Assembly (NCBI RefSeq): GCF_964194155.1 | Contig: NC_135901.1 | Location: 21,762,001-21,826,000 of the forward strand | Reading direction: 5' to 3' | Source of the DNA: Cetorhinus maximus | Taxonomy: Eukaryota | Length of the DNA stretch: 64,000 nt | In this document: positions 1 through 12,659 of the stretch, in pieces | How the letters are laid out: each line of letters begins with the position of its first letter | Numbering within the stretch: the first letter of the stretch is position 1 | Notes under the pieces: model-generated | Databases searched by the model: none | What the model saw: the letters and a program-made list of their open reading frames with translations, nothing else | Told to the model about the DNA's origin: nothing | Translations under genes and position numbers: made by a program

Positions 1-760
1 TTGATTATACAGTCCCACAACCCACAGTAAAAGGAGATGACTGGCATATTCTGGTAGTTATAGATATGTTTACCTGGTGGATTGAAGCTTTCACTGACTG
101 TAAAATTGATGCAGTCACTACAGTTGAAATCTTGTGGGAACAGATCTTAATCAGATGGGACTTTCTGAAAAGGATAGAGGGTGATATGGTTCTCATTTCA
201 CTGCAGATGTAATGCAGCAGCTCTTTCATCTTGTGGGTGTGGGACAACATTTCAACATCCCCAACCACCCAGAGTCCAGTGTGATGGTCGGGAGCTTTAA
301 TCACTCTGTAGAAACGACACTGAAAAAGCTATCATGAAGGAAACTGATGATCTGGTCAAGCCCAATGACTGGTGTCTTAATGACAATTCACTCCACCCCT
401 GTTCACTCCCCTGGTCACAGACCATTTCAGCTCATGACAGGTCTGCAAATCCAGATTGTGAATCCTCCCCCACCGGGGTCCCACTCCCCACTACTACTCG
501 ACAGACTCACGAACAGTTTCTCCAGAACCTCCCTGCTAGAGGCAGTGGAGAAGATGCATGCTTCCCATCTCAAAACTCCAAGGAGAACTACCCCACCCAT
601 TACATTAACTGTTCAATGGGAGATAAAGTCATGTTAAAAACATTGCTAAAATGGAGTGGGGCTGGGAAACCAATTGGGAAGGTCCACATGATGCTCTGAA
701 TAATTGAGAGAATCAAATCTTATATTCGGTAATTGGAAACAAGGAAAGGAAAAACAATAT
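1..760 (+). mobile_element. Degenerate LTR-retroelement/ERV integrase fragment
   Basis: From base 3 reads DYTVPQPTVKGDDWHILVVIDMFTWWIEAF (rve core motif type D..GP...LV.vD.FT.W.EAF); NHPESSVMV near 262-290 resembles HPQSSGMVER; frameshifted. Confidence 0.65.
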
Positions 761-865
761 CTATATTGCCAAGGAGATCAGTGTAAACAGTGCAAAATGA
801 AAAATCAGATAACCAGATATAGAATAAATGCTTTGTTTGATTTTGTCCAACAGGAACAAGATGTC

Positions 866-1010
866 ATAAAAGCAAAATAGTGCAGATGCCGGAAATCTAA
901 AACAAAAACAGAACATGCTGGAAAAACTCAGCAAGTCTGACAACATCTGTGGGGAGAGAAACAGAGTTAACATTTAGATTCTGTATGACTCTTTCAGAGC
1001 TAAAGGGAAG
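866..1010 (-). mobile_element. Penelope-like terminal (pLTR) fragment with degenerate hammerhead
   Basis: Matches the repeated terminus gcagatgc(t)ggaaatct..aaaacagaa..tgctggaaaaactcagca.gtctg that ends the RT/GIY-YIG element at 47863-50090. Confidence 0.65.
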
Positions 1011-1214
1011 TAGAAATGTGATTAAATTTATACTGTTTATGTGGGGTGCAGCAGGTGAAGCTGAATAGAAGAACAAGATGTGGATGGTCATCATGCCCCT
1101 GGACTGTGTCCAGACTGAAGATTTATTCCTGCTGCTGTATGATCCTCCCACCAGATTGTGGTGCTATCACGTTCTGGGGTTGTGAACGGCGTTATATCAA
1201 TGCAAGTCTTTTTT

Positions 1215-1610
1215 CCAAGTTGCTGACAACACTTACTCTCCCAACGTTGATGTCTGGAGATTTTGATTTTTGCCCCATATACCCAAACCCAGATCATTTC
1301 TCTATACTGGGGAGAGCAATGGTCCCAACACTGACCCTGGGGGACACCAGTGTTTACATCCCTCCGGTCTGAAGAACATCCATTAACCACTGCTCTCTGT
1401 TTTCTGTCCTTTCCCAAATTTCTACCCATGCTGCCCCACTCCCTTTAATAACATGAGCTTTAACTTTATCAACAAGCCTCCTGTCCGGCTCCTCATCAAA
1501 CACCTTCTGACAATCCATCCACACAACATCCACTGGATTTCCTTGCTCACTGCACTGTGTTATTCCCTCAGATAATTCCTGCTGTCTGTCCTGAATGAAT
1601 CCATCTCATT
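1215..1610 (-). mobile_element. CR1 LINE RT fragment
   Basis: Reverse strand gives VNTGVPQG..LG and AVVNGCSSD; CR1 RT region, decayed. Confidence 0.6.
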
Positions 1611-2071
1611 AACATATGTTGAGATTCAGGGACAGACTCTCCTACTCAGCCCTCAAGTCCCTTTCCATTATTCCTGTTGGTCTGAAGCTCATCACAGACC
1701 CCAGGGCCGGGTTCATGGTGAAACGGATGGTCCTGAGCTGCCTTTAGAAAATAACCAGCAATCCAACTCATCAGTTACAATATTTAACAGAACAAAATTG
1801 ATCAAAGGTTCTGATAAAACATTCTCCAAATTTTTATGACATGGCGCTGAGATTGTTCGTGATGGTTTCATGGTGGTCACCATTATTTGGTGTAGCCTGG
1901 GTTTATTTTATACACATTCCTGCCCATCGCTGTCCCTGAGGCCCTTTACCCCCACCCAGAATCCCCATCCTATTGGAGAAAACTCAGTCACTGACCTGAG
2001 ATTAGGGATTTAAATGGTGGCTCGAACAACCCAGCATTCACCAAGAGGCAGAATCAACCCTAACTCATAAA

Positions 2072-3088
2072 AACCAGAGCCCAAAATAAAACAGTGAACA
2101 TTATCCCCCAGACCCGAATATAAAACAGTGAACATTATCCATTCCCCCACCGCCACAGACCCGAATATAAAACAGTGAACATTATCCCCAGACCCGAATA
2201 TAAAACAGTGAACATTATCCCCAGACCCGAATATAAAACAGTGAACATTATCCCCCAGACCCAAATATAAAACAGTGAACATTATCACCAGACTTGAATA
2301 TAAAACAGTGAACATTATCCCCCAGACCCGAATATAAAACAGTGATCATTATCCATTCCCACACCCCCACAGACCCGAATATAAAACAGTGAACATTATG
2401 CCCAGACCCGAATATAAAACAGTGAACATTATCCCCAGGACTGAATATAAAACAGTGAACATTATCCCCAGACTTGAATATAAAACAGTGAACATTATCC
2501 ATTCCCCCACCCCCACAGACCCGAATATAAAACAGTGAACATTATGCCCAGGACTGAATATAAAACAGTGAATATTATCACCAGACTTGAATATAAAACA
2601 GTGAACATTATCCCCCAGACCCAAATATAAAACAGTGAAAATTATCCCCCAGACCCAAATATAAAACAGGGAACATTATCCCCCAGACCCAAATATAAAA
2701 CAGTGGAAATTATCCCCAGACTTGAATATAAAACAGTGAACATTATCCCCCAGACCTGAATATAAAACTGTGCACATTATCCCCCAGAACTAAATATAAA
2801 ACAGTGAACATTATTCCCCAGACCCGAAAATAAAACGATGAACATTATCCCCCAGACCCGAATATAAAACAGTGAACATTATCCCCCAGACCCGAATATA
2901 AAAGTGAACATTATCCCCCAGACCCGAATATAAAACAGTGAATATTATCCCCCAGACCCGAATATAAAACTGTGAACATTATCCCCCAGACCCGAACATA
3001 AAACAGTGAATATTATCACCCAGAACTAAACATAAAACAGTGAACGTCATCCCCCCCAGACCCGAATATAAAACAGTGAACATTAACC
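2072..3088. repeat. Minisatellite, ~30-31 bp unit agacccgaatataaaacagtgaacattatcccc(c), ~30 copies
   Basis: Directly visible tandem units; a few longer variants carry attcccccaccccc. The ORFs here are repeat artefacts. Confidence 0.97.
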
Positions 3089-3119
3089 CGCAGGTCTGGG
3101 AGCTGCCGGGAGACTGTGA

Positions 3120-3450
3120 CATTCCAATATTCCAGATGAGCTCATTCCAGGAACCATATTTAAGGACCCGATTATTGGAGACCAGGGACACCCCCCTTCA
3201 AACTTGCCTCATGTGAGGAACTGCACCAATGAGGTTCAGGAATGATGCAACCAGAGTCACATGACCACCAGATGTGTCATCGAGCAAAGCATCACAATGT
3301 TGAAGATGTGTTTCAGGTGTCTGGATAGGTCTGGAGGTGATCTTCAGTACTCGGCAGCCAGGAACTCCAGAATAATAGTGATGTGCTGCACCCTCACAAC
3401 ATTGCATAGCAGAGGAGGAGGAGGAGGAAGGGACAGACTCAGCTAGTGGG
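3120..3450 (+). mobile_element. PIF/Harbinger (HARBI1-like DDE) transposase remnant
   Basis: LLGDQGHP...SHMTTRCVIEQSITMLKMCFRCLDRSGGDLQYS...RIIVMCC(L)HNIA matches the C-terminal DDE_Tnp_4 motifs; frameshifted. Confidence 0.8.
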
Positions 3451-3569
3451 AGATGAGGCAGCCTGTCAGGTACTGCCTGGGAGTGGCGGGTGAGGCCGGT
3501 TAAAGGGTCAGAAGTGAGAACGCTTTGAGTGAAGTTCCCACTTGCATGTCTCCTTTATCCATCATCCCT

Positions 3570-4345
3570 CTCCTAGACCAGCCTCACATCATTTCTCCCA
3601 CTCTGCTGCAGACCAGCTGGTATCATCCTGGTCAATCTTCTCTGCACCCTCCAATGTCTCTATATCCTTTTCATAACATGGTGGCCAGAACCGTACGCAG
3701 TACTCTAAGTGCGGTCTTACCAAGGCTTGATACAGATTCAGCTTAACTTCCGTACATTTCAATTCTATCCCTCTAGAAATAAATCCTAGTGCTTTGTTTG
3801 CTGTTTTATGGCCCTGCTAACCTGGGGCACTGCTTTTATTGTTTAGGGTGTTTGCACTCTGAGATCCCTTTGTTCCTCTACTCCACCCAGACTCATACCT
3901 TTTCCTACCACAGATGTGAAGCTGACTGGTCTATAATTCCCTGGGCATATTCTGTCTACCATTTTAAATATAGGAGTTACATTAGCTATTTGCCAGTCTT
4001 CAAGCACTACACCTTTTTAATGAATGATTAAATCTCTGTAGTGCGGCTTCTGCTATCTCTTCCCTAGATTTAAACAAAAATCTGTGGTTGCAATCCATCC
4101 GGATCCGAAACTTTATTCTCTTTGAGTTTGATTTGTTTCTTTAATACAGCCCCCTTCTGGACTTTAAATTGACTTATCTCATGACTCATCTCATCATTCA
4201 ATGTCACATCTCCATGTTCTATCTCCCTGGTAAATACTGAAACACAATAATTATTGAATATTTCTGTCATCTCTCTATCGTTCCCTGTGGTATTATCCTG
4301 CCTAATCCCTTAATGATCCTATTCCCATTCCAGCCTTCCTCTTTT
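3570..4345 (-). mobile_element. CR1 LINE fragments
   Basis: MTEIFNNYCVSVFTRE...KLKENKVSDPDGLQP and YKAMVRPHLEYCVRFW-type segments on the reverse strand. Confidence 0.7.
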
Positions 4346-4359
4346 ACTGATGTTGTCAA

Positions 4360-5690
4360 CATCCTTCCACCTACATAAGATGGTGGATGTGCAGCAAATC
4401 AAACTGTTGGGGATGGGGGAGCTTCCTATGGTTCATTTTTACTGATGGCTGAAGAGACCAATCCGTGAGAGGCAGGTTCTGCCACAGGTGGCACATATGA
4501 AATAGTTCTCAGGTGTGGTTGTGGGTTGTTGTTTTCAGTGTTGGCATCTGTTGTCAAGCCACTGTAATGCCCGTCCTCCATCTTGTGAACATACCCGAGC
4601 CAGTGAAGTCACCTCTGCTTGATGAGAGCCAGCATGCTTGGGAGATTTGTCTTTGAGAGGACTGCCACATTCTTGATTCTGTCCCTGAGATGCCCAGTGC
4701 CATAAACATCGAAGGTGAAAGTTGTTGAACTTCCTTTCCTGATCACTGTAAATCGTCCATGTTTCACAGACAACAAGGTGCTGAGGACAGAGGCTTCATA
4801 AACCAGCATCTTGGTGCTGAGAGGCAGCTTGATGTTATTCCATGGACGACTCGTGAGTCGGCCAAAAGCGGAACTGCTTTCCCTACGCATGTATCGAGCT
4901 CTGCATTGAGAAACAGATTGTCTGTCGCTGTGGACCCAAGGTCATAGATTTCACTGACCACTTCCAGCGGGGTGTTATTTAGTGTGATATTTAGGGTGGA
5001 GATGTGACACCATGTCCCCAAACCACAGTTTTCTTGATGTTTACAGTAAGGGAGAACAAGTTACAGACATGGGAGAGACAGTGCATGAGTCTTTGTAGCT
5101 GAGTTTCTGTGTGAGTCACTAGCATGGCATCATCACTGTAGCAGAGGTCTGTGATCGAGACAGGCTGTATTTTTTTGACTTCACTTTCAGACTGGACAGG
5201 TTGTAGAGTTTACCATCTGCTCGAGTATGCAGGAAAACTCCTTCCATATCTGCAGGGAAGGCCAAGGTCAGGAACATAGAAAAGATAATACCAAACAAAG
5301 TGGGGGCTCGGACACATCCCTGTTTCACTCCATTCTTCATCCTGAAACTGTCAGAGGTGGAGCCATCAAACTGTACAGTACAGGGTATGTTCTTATGAAA
5401 GGAGTGGATGAGACTGAGGAGTTTTGATGGACAAAGCTCTTGCTGCAATCTCCTCTGTCACCTTTGTTTTTGTGTATGATGATGATTTTTGTGTCACCCA
5501 TGTCCTGGGAATGGATCCTACCTTCCAACAGAGAAGAAAGAAACCATGAAGATATAGCAGTAAACAGGACTTGCTGTGCTTGAGAATTTTGGCTAGAATT
5601 CCTTCCTTGTCGGCTGTCTTTTGGTTTGTCCAACTCAACCATGACAGGAAGCTGTGGGAAATAGTTAAACGGAGATTGAGAGGTGTCTGT
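4360..5690 (-). mobile_element. RTE-clade LINE ORF fragment
   Basis: FDGSTSDSFRMKNGVKQGCVRAPTLFGIIFS, LYNLSSLK, SAFGRLTSR, KMLVYEASVLSTLL are RTE/BovB-type RT motifs; multiple frameshifts. Confidence 0.85.
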
Positions 5691-6102
5691 CTCATGAGAG
5701 TTCCTTGATAATTTAATTTCAAAATGAAGTTGTCACTGTATGTAATGTGCAAGAAAGTCAGAATTGTCAGCAAGGATTAATCAGCATTTTCTGATTAGAG
5801 ATGTTAATCAGTGGAACATTCCAGACACTGAATTGTAGAGTTTGCACCAAAGATCAATTTTGGATTGAAGTAAAAGTTCACAATTTTATTGTTTATAGTT
5901 CCTGGTGAGAGTTCTTGAGTTAAAGGGAAAAATCACTGATGGTGCTTTTAAAAAGGGACATTGCAACCCTGAAAATCAGTGACATCTCCAGAATATTAAA
6001 CTCCAGCCAGTTAGAGGGATTGTTAACAGCAGAAACAAACCCAGACTATCAATTCAGGGTGTGATTAACAGCAGCAAAATGAGCAAAATCCAACTCCTGC
6101 AG

Positions 6103-7041
6103 TCACTTATGAAGTCGCTCGTGTGTCACTAGACTGCAGGAGCGAGTGAATCCCTTCCCACACACAGAGCAGGTGAATGGTCTCTCTCCAGTGTGAACTC
6201 GCTGGTGCACAAAGAGAGCAGATGAACACCTGAACCTCTTTCCACAGTCAGTGCAGCTGAATGGCTTCTCCTCAGTGTGAATTTGCTGGTGTGACTTAAG
6301 GGTGGATGATACAGTGAATCTCTTTCCACACACAGAGCAGGTGAATGGTCTCTCCCCAGTGTGAACTCGCTGGTGTTCAACAAGGGCGTATGACTGCTTG
6401 AAACTCTTCCCGCAGAAAGTGCAGCTGAATGGCCTCTCCCCAGTGTGAACTCGCTGATGATTCACCAGGCTGGATGACTGAGTAAATCCCTGCCCACACA
6501 CTGAGCAGGCGAATGGCTTCTCCCCAGTGTGAACTCGCTGGTGTTCTTCGAGGGTGGATGAATACCTGAACCTCTTTGCACAGGAAGTGCAGCTGAATGG
6601 CTTCTCCTCAGAGTGAATTCGCTGGTGAGTCACCAGATTGGATGACTTTGTGAATCCCTTCCCACACATGGAGCAGGTGAACGGTCTCTCCCCAGTGTGA
6701 ACTCGCTGATGTTGATTGAGGTCAGATGAAGACCTGAACCTCTTTCCACAGGAAGTGCAGCTGAATGGCCTCTCCTCAGTGTGAATTCGCTGGTGCAACA
6801 TTAGGCAGGTAGGCTGAGTAAATCCCTTGCCACACACGGAACAGATGAACGGCCTCTCCCCAGTGTGACTGCGTCGATGGTTTTCCAGCAGGGATGGATA
6901 ATCGAATCCTTTACCACAGTCCTCACATTTCCATTGTTTTTCCACTGTGCTGGCCCAGGTGTGACTGCGTCGATGATATTCCAGCCGGGATCTATAACTG
7001 AATCCTTTACCACAGTCCTCACATTTCCATGGTTTTTCCAT
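6103..7041 (-). CDS. Tandem C2H2 zinc-finger protein, 11 fingers, no visible effector domain
   Basis: Open frame with 11 C-x2-C-x12-H-x3-H units and TGERP/TEEKP linkers; first ATG (MEKPWK) in strong Kozak context ACCATGG at 7041. Confidence 0.92.
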   Translation of the reverse strand: MEKPWKCEDCGKGFSYRSRLEYHRRSHTWASTVEKQWKCEDCGKGFDYPSLLENHRRSHTGERPFICSVCGKGFTQPTCLMLHQRIHTEERPFSCTSCGKRFRSSSDLNQHQRVHTGERPFTCSMCGKGFTKSSNLVTHQRIHSEEKPFSCTSCAKRFRYSSTLEEHQRVHTGEKPFACSVCGQGFTQSSSLVNHQRVHTGERPFSCTFCGKSFKQSYALVEHQRVHTGERPFTCSVCGKRFTVSSTLKSHQQIHTEEKPFSCTDCGKRFRCSSALFVHQRVHTGERPFTCSVCGKGFTRSCSLVTHERLHK

Positions 7042-7859
7042 GGTACCAGTATCCTTGTGTCTCTCCAGGCTGGACAATCAGTTGTCGCCTCAGCTACACA
7101 TAGAACACGTGTACAGTTTCTCCCCACTGGAAATGGTGTGATGTTTGTTCAGGCTGTGTAACTTGCTAAAACCCCTTCCACAGTCAGTGCACTGTAATGC
7201 TGTCACTCAGGGTGTTAGGGGGTGGGGAGTGTGTCTTGGTGCTTTTCCAGTCACACTGATGTTTGAAATCTTCTTCCACAGAAAGAGCAGACTCTCCTTC
7301 CACATTCAAAGGCCGATGATATTCAGGTCCTGATGAACTGACTGACTGTCAGTTCTTGACATGAAGTTTGGTTTGAGTTTCCCATCTGTAAATCTTCTCC
7401 TAATATTATCCTTTATAAGGAGATTACACAAGTCATCACTTTAAATCCAAGGCAGAAATCAGGAACAGACAATTCTAGTTTCTGTGGAACATTTTTTCCC
7501 CTCTTGTTTCCCCAAAGCTGTAAATCCCCGTCCCACACACACTCCCTCCTCCCTGGGCTGAAATCCAAACTCATCTCACCATCTCCACCATTTCTTTCCT
7601 CCACTCCCAGTTTTCTCCCTCCCTCTCCTCTGCCTGGGTTCAGTTCTCCAGCTCCTGTCTGCAGACTGACAATAAAATCAATGAGTCTTATTGGGGGTTT
7701 GGGGCCTCCAGCGGGTGTTTCTGAATCCTCCCCGCCCACCTCCCAGGGTTTCCTTCCTTCCCACAGATCAGATCCTCATTGATTTGAGCCCAAAGTGTAA
7801 CCTCTTATTTATTGTCCCCCCTCCCCCATCCTCTGATGTGAACCATCCTCCACTCGCTG

Positions 7860-8280
7860 AGCCAGGATGGCGGCCGTTAACCTGGGCCTGTTCCCGGGAG
7901 GGAGAAGCCCCGCAGCTGCAAACCAGGAGCTGACAATTATTCCTCAGGGTTTGCGGATCCACAAAATGTTTCCAAATCCTCCCACCCACCGCCTCGCTCT
8001 GACTCCACTTCTCCGGGACAAACAGGCGCCTCGTTCCACAAGGCCATCGATCGCAGTGCGCATGCTCCAGACTCTTTGACACTGCACCTGCGCACTGGTG
8101 TCCCGCTGCACGGCGCATGCCCCAGCTCACGGGACTCGCCTGATAGACAGATGTTCTGGACCAATAGAGGCTGGGGGCGGGTCTGGAGGACAGAGCGGGA
8201 GAGGCTGGTTCTTCAACCAATCGGAGTGAATGAGGGGCGGGGCTGAGCCCGGATCTCCCTCATTGGCTGAAACTCTGCAT
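7860..8280 (-). promoter_or_regulatory. CpG-rich promoter/first exon of ZNF gene 6103-7041
   Basis: GCGCATGC motifs (8058, 8113), CCAAT boxes (8161, 8217, ATTGG 8262), GGGGCGGG boxes, YY1-like GATGGCGGCC at 7866; locally high CpG. Confidence 0.7.
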
Positions 8281-8529
8281 CATTTCAAAAGCTGATTTAT
8301 TGCAAACTCCAGGAGAAAACTGGACCTTTCTGTTTGTAGCTTTAAACAGATGAAACCCTGTGGGAGTGGAGCAAACGTTTCAACATTTGTTAGTGAAATG
8401 TGGGAACATGATGAAACAATGTACAAACAATTAAAGTGCTGACTTCAAGAGCAACTGGGCAGATCGGGAATGTCATCATTAGAATAAGGAGAGCCCCTGG
8501 TTTCAATAAATGAAGTGACAGGGCTAGGA

Positions 8530-9810
8530 CAGAAACATAGAAACTAGGAGCAGGAGTAGGCCATTCAGCCCTTCGAGCCTGCTTTGCCATTCATCACGAA
8601 CATGGTTGATCATCCAACTCAATAGCCTGCTCCCGCTTTCTCCCCATATCCTTTGATCCTTTTAGCTCCAAGAGCTATATCTAACTCCTTCTTGAAAACA
8701 TAAAATGTTTTGGTCTCAACTACTTTCTGTGGTAATGAATTCCACAGGCTCACCACTCTCTGGGTGAAGAAATTTCTCCTCATCTCAGTCCTAAATGGTC
8801 TACCCCAATTCCTCAGATTTTGACCCCTGGTTCTGGACTTCCCCATCATCGGGAACATCCTTCCTGCATCTACCCTGTCTAGTCCTGTTAGAAATTTATA
8901 GGTTTCTATGAGATCACCCCTCATTCTTCTGAACTCCAGCGAATATAATCCTAACCGACTCAATCTCTCCTCATACGTCAGTCCCGCCATCCCAGGAATC
9001 AGTCTGGTAAACCTTCGCTGCACTCCCTCTATCACAAGAACATCCTTCCTCAGATAAGGAGACCAAAACTGCACATAATATTCCAGGTGTGGTCTCACCA
9101 AGGGCCTGTATAATTGCAGCAAGACATCCCTGTTCCTGTACTCGAATCCTCTGGCTATGAAGGCCAACATACCATTTGCCTTCTTTACCGCCTGCTGCAC
9201 ATGCATGCTTACCTGCAGCGACTTCTGCATGAGGACACCCAGGTTTCTTGCACATTCCCCTCTCTCAATTTATAGCCATTCAGATAATAATCTGCCTTCC
9301 TGTTTTTACCACCAAAGTGGATAACCTCACATTTATACACATTATACTGCATCTGCCATACATTTGGCCACTCGTTCAGCTTGTCCAAATCACACTGTAG
9401 CATCTCTGCATCCTCCTCACTGGTCACCCTCCCACCCAGCTTTGTCATCTGCAAATGTGGAGATATTACATTTAGTTCCCTCATCTAAATCATTAATATA
9501 TATTGTGAATAGCTGGGGTCCCAGCACCGATCCCTGTGGTACCCCACTAGTCACTGCCTGCCATTTAGAAAAAGACTCATTTATTCCTACTCTTTGTTTC
9601 CTGTCTGCCAACCAGTTTTCTATCCATCTCAATACACTACCCCCAATCCCAATTTTACACGCTAATCTCTTATGTGGGACTTTGTCCTAAGCCTTCTGAA
9701 AGTCCAAATAAACCACATCCACTGGCTCCCCCTCATCAACTCTACTAGTTACATCCTCGAAAAATTCCAGTAGATTTGTCAAGCATGAATTCCCTTTCGT
9801 AAATCCATGC
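8530..9810 (-). mobile_element. CR1 LINE, 5'-truncated, relatively young
   Basis: [50 protein letters not shown]; CR1 3' tail ggccgaatggcctactcctgctcct..ttctatgt. Confidence 0.95.
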
Positions 9811-9939
9811 AGGTTAGGGAGAAGGTTAATGAAGTTCAGCTCTTCTCTCTGACGGGATTTCCATTTGTCCCTTTCACCATGTTCACCTTCATTGTTTTCC
9901 ATTTTCCTCCTGGTGTTTGACAAGGCGTTTACCAAAACT

Positions 9940-10220
9940 CAAACACTACCATTAACACTCCCGCTGTCTTGTGTCTTGTCAAACTTCTCCTTGGCTCCCA
10001 CCTATCCTGACTTTCTACTTTGCTCCACCTGCTTCACCCCTTCTTAAACAGTATAAGATTCATCACATTTCTGTTCCTCATTAGCTCTGAAGAAGGGTCA
10101 TACAGACTCAAAATGTTAGCTCCGTTTCTCTCTCCACAGATGATGCCAGACCTGCTGAGTTCTTCCAGCATTTTATGGTTTCATTTCAGATTTCCAGCAT
10201 CTGCAGTACTTTGTTTTTAT
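9940..10220 (+). mobile_element. Penelope-like 3' end with hammerhead-like motif
   Basis: ctgaagaagggtcatacagactcaaaatgttagct at ~10087 followed by the shared PLE tail. Confidence 0.7.
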
Positions 10221-11434
10221 CTTAGGGAGAAGGTTAATACTGTCATCATTCAGAACAGCACAGACTATAAAGGAATAACTGATCTCAAAGACAATCTCGT
10301 GTAGTTTGTGTGGAGCAGATGTGCTGAATCAGTTTTAAAGGAGTTAAATTATCTATGTTTTCTAGATTGGACAATCACGTTAAAATGTGGAACTCAGATG
10401 GGATATCAATTAGTATGTTGTGGAAAGATCTGGATCCAAGTGATAGGGTTTTCAGTTCTGATTCTTGTGATAACAGCAATTCCATGGCTATCTGTTGGCA
10501 AGACTGATGGAAGTACTTAAAGTGGAGAACATGGATGTGTTGGAGGATTATGTACACAAGGAATTTGTAAACAATCTGAGGATAATAGTGAGGGGAAAGA
10601 AAGGGATCTTCAAAACAGCAGACACTTCATGTTGTTCCGGAAGAAGTGGGGCCTGGAAGTGAGGATGTCAGGTTTTACACAGCACACGGTCAGCCTGTGG
10701 TTTCACTCTGGATGAAGAATCTCTGAACGGTACCATTCAGATCACTCAATGAGATTCTCAGAGAACCAACATCGTCTGCTCAGACAGAGGAAGGTTTGTG
10801 TTACAGCTAATGAGAAGCAGCACACACACTCTCAGACACCCATGAACACACAACCGCATTCTCATACACAGAGAACCACATTCACACACTCACACAGGAA
10901 TACTTCCTGTCCCATCAGGTGGACAAGAGCAGACTGCCTCATACTGAGGATAAAGTATCAGTGTCTGTAAGGACCACAACGTTAGAGGAACTCAAGTAAA
11001 CATTATCCTCCAGTGACTATGAGTGGTTTTGTTCATGCAATTCCACTGTTTTCTCTGAACCTTAAATCAACATTAAATAACATTTGGGACATAGGAAACA
11101 ACAAACAATAACATTGAACAAAAAGCTAAAAGCTATAATACATCCTGACATTCCATTGTCATGCTGGGTGATCATCCCCAGTGGGAGATAGTGTAAAATA
11201 CAAAACAACATTCTGAGATAATCACAGCATCTACTTTCCTCCTGGTTTGCTTGATGGAGAGAATGCTAAGACAGGTTACAATGACAAAGAATATAATTGA
11301 AATGCAAACAGTCATTCGGCAGTACAGAACTTAAATATTTCTGAAGAAAGACCACATGTCGAAGCTTTTCATCTTGTATTCAACAGGACAATTCGCAAGA
11401 GTGCCAAATGTAAAAGGAACAACAATTTATACTT

Positions 11435-12170
11435 CATAGAGTCTTAGTGTTTTACAGCACAGAAAGAGGCCCTTCGGCCCATCATGTCCATGCCAGCCAT
11501 CAAGCCCCTATCTACTCTAATTCCATTTTCCAGCACTTGGCCCATAGTCTTGTATGCTGTGGCGTTTCAAGTGGTCATCTAAATACTTCTTAATTGTTGT
11601 GAGGGTTTCCGCCTCTACCACCCCCTCAGACAGAGTTCCAGATACTCCACACCCTCTGTGTGAAAAAAAAATCCTCAAATCCCCTCTAAACCTCCTGCCC
11701 CTTACCTAAAATCTATACCCACTGGTTATTGGCCCCTCCACTAAGGGGAAAGGTTTCTTCCTATCTACCCACCTCATAATTTTGTGCACCTCAATCAGCC
11801 TTCTCTGCTCTAAGGAAAACAACCTCAGCTATCTAGTCTCTCGTCATAGCTGAAATGCTCCAGCCCAGGCAACATCTTGGTGAATCTCCTCTGCACCCTC
11901 TCCAGTGCAATCACATCCTTCCTATTGTGTGGCGACCAGAGATGCACACAGTACTCCAGCTGTGGCCTAACTAACATTTTATACAGCTCCAACATAACCT
12001 CCGTGCTTTTGCATTCAATGCCTCGGCTGATAAAGGCAAGTATCCCCCATGCCTTCTTAACCACCTTATACACTAGTCCTGCTGCCTTCAAGGATCTATG
12101 GACATGGACACCAAGGTCCCTCTCATCCTCTATAATTCCTAGGGTCCTACTATTCAACTCCATTCCTCAA
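11435..12170 (-). mobile_element. CR1 LINE 3' fragment
   Basis: ERDLGVHVHRSLKA...LELYKMLVRPQLEYCVHLWSP; CR1 3' tail near 11440-11490. Confidence 0.92.
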
Positions 12171-12194
12171 TACTCTGTCTGGCTCAGTCTCGGT

Positions 12195-12655
12195 GCTACC
12201 ACGATGCACAGCGAAAGTGAAAAAGCCATTCAACAGCTGAGAAATAACACAGCCTCTGGAGCAGATGGAATTTCTGCTGAAATTCTGAAACACGGCGGTG
12301 TTACGCTCCTGGCATAGTTCCATAACCTCATATTCCTGATCTGGGAAGAAAGATGCATGTCAGGGGATCTCTGGGACACTCTGGTTGTGAAGATATTCAA
12401 GAAGGGAGACAAGTCCGAATGCGGTAATTACAGAGGAGACTCTCTGCTGCCTGCCACTGGGAAGATCATTGCAAGGAATCTCCTCAATCACCTTCTCTTA
12501 GTGGCCCAAGAGCTCATTCCAGAGTCACAGTGCGGTTTTCCCCCATTGAGAAGCACCACAGACATAATCTTCACTGTGCGGCAAACCCCCCAAAACACCA
12601 AGGAACAGCATCAACCACTGTACTTGGCCTTTTTGTCCTCACAGAAGACATTTTC
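12195..12655 (+). mobile_element. RTE-clade LINE fragment
   Basis: KAIQQLRNNTASGADGISAEILKHGG; KIFKKGDKSECGNYRG.SLL...PESQCGF. Confidence 0.85.
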
Positions 12656-12659
12656 TTTA

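Noticed and set aside
2072-3088. CRISPR-like array or repetitive protein (ORFs 2010-3191)
   Set aside because: Units are contiguous with no unique spacers, the context is eukaryotic with no cas genes, and the ORFs are translations of a minisatellite
3120-3450. Domesticated host HARBI1 gene
   Set aside because: Fragmentary, frameshifted and embedded among repeats; consistent with a dead transposon
7768-8220. 150-aa ORF (and similar ORFs at 34181-34695, 44226-44825) as protein genes
   Set aside because: GC-rich promoter sequence open in several frames, with no recognisable domain
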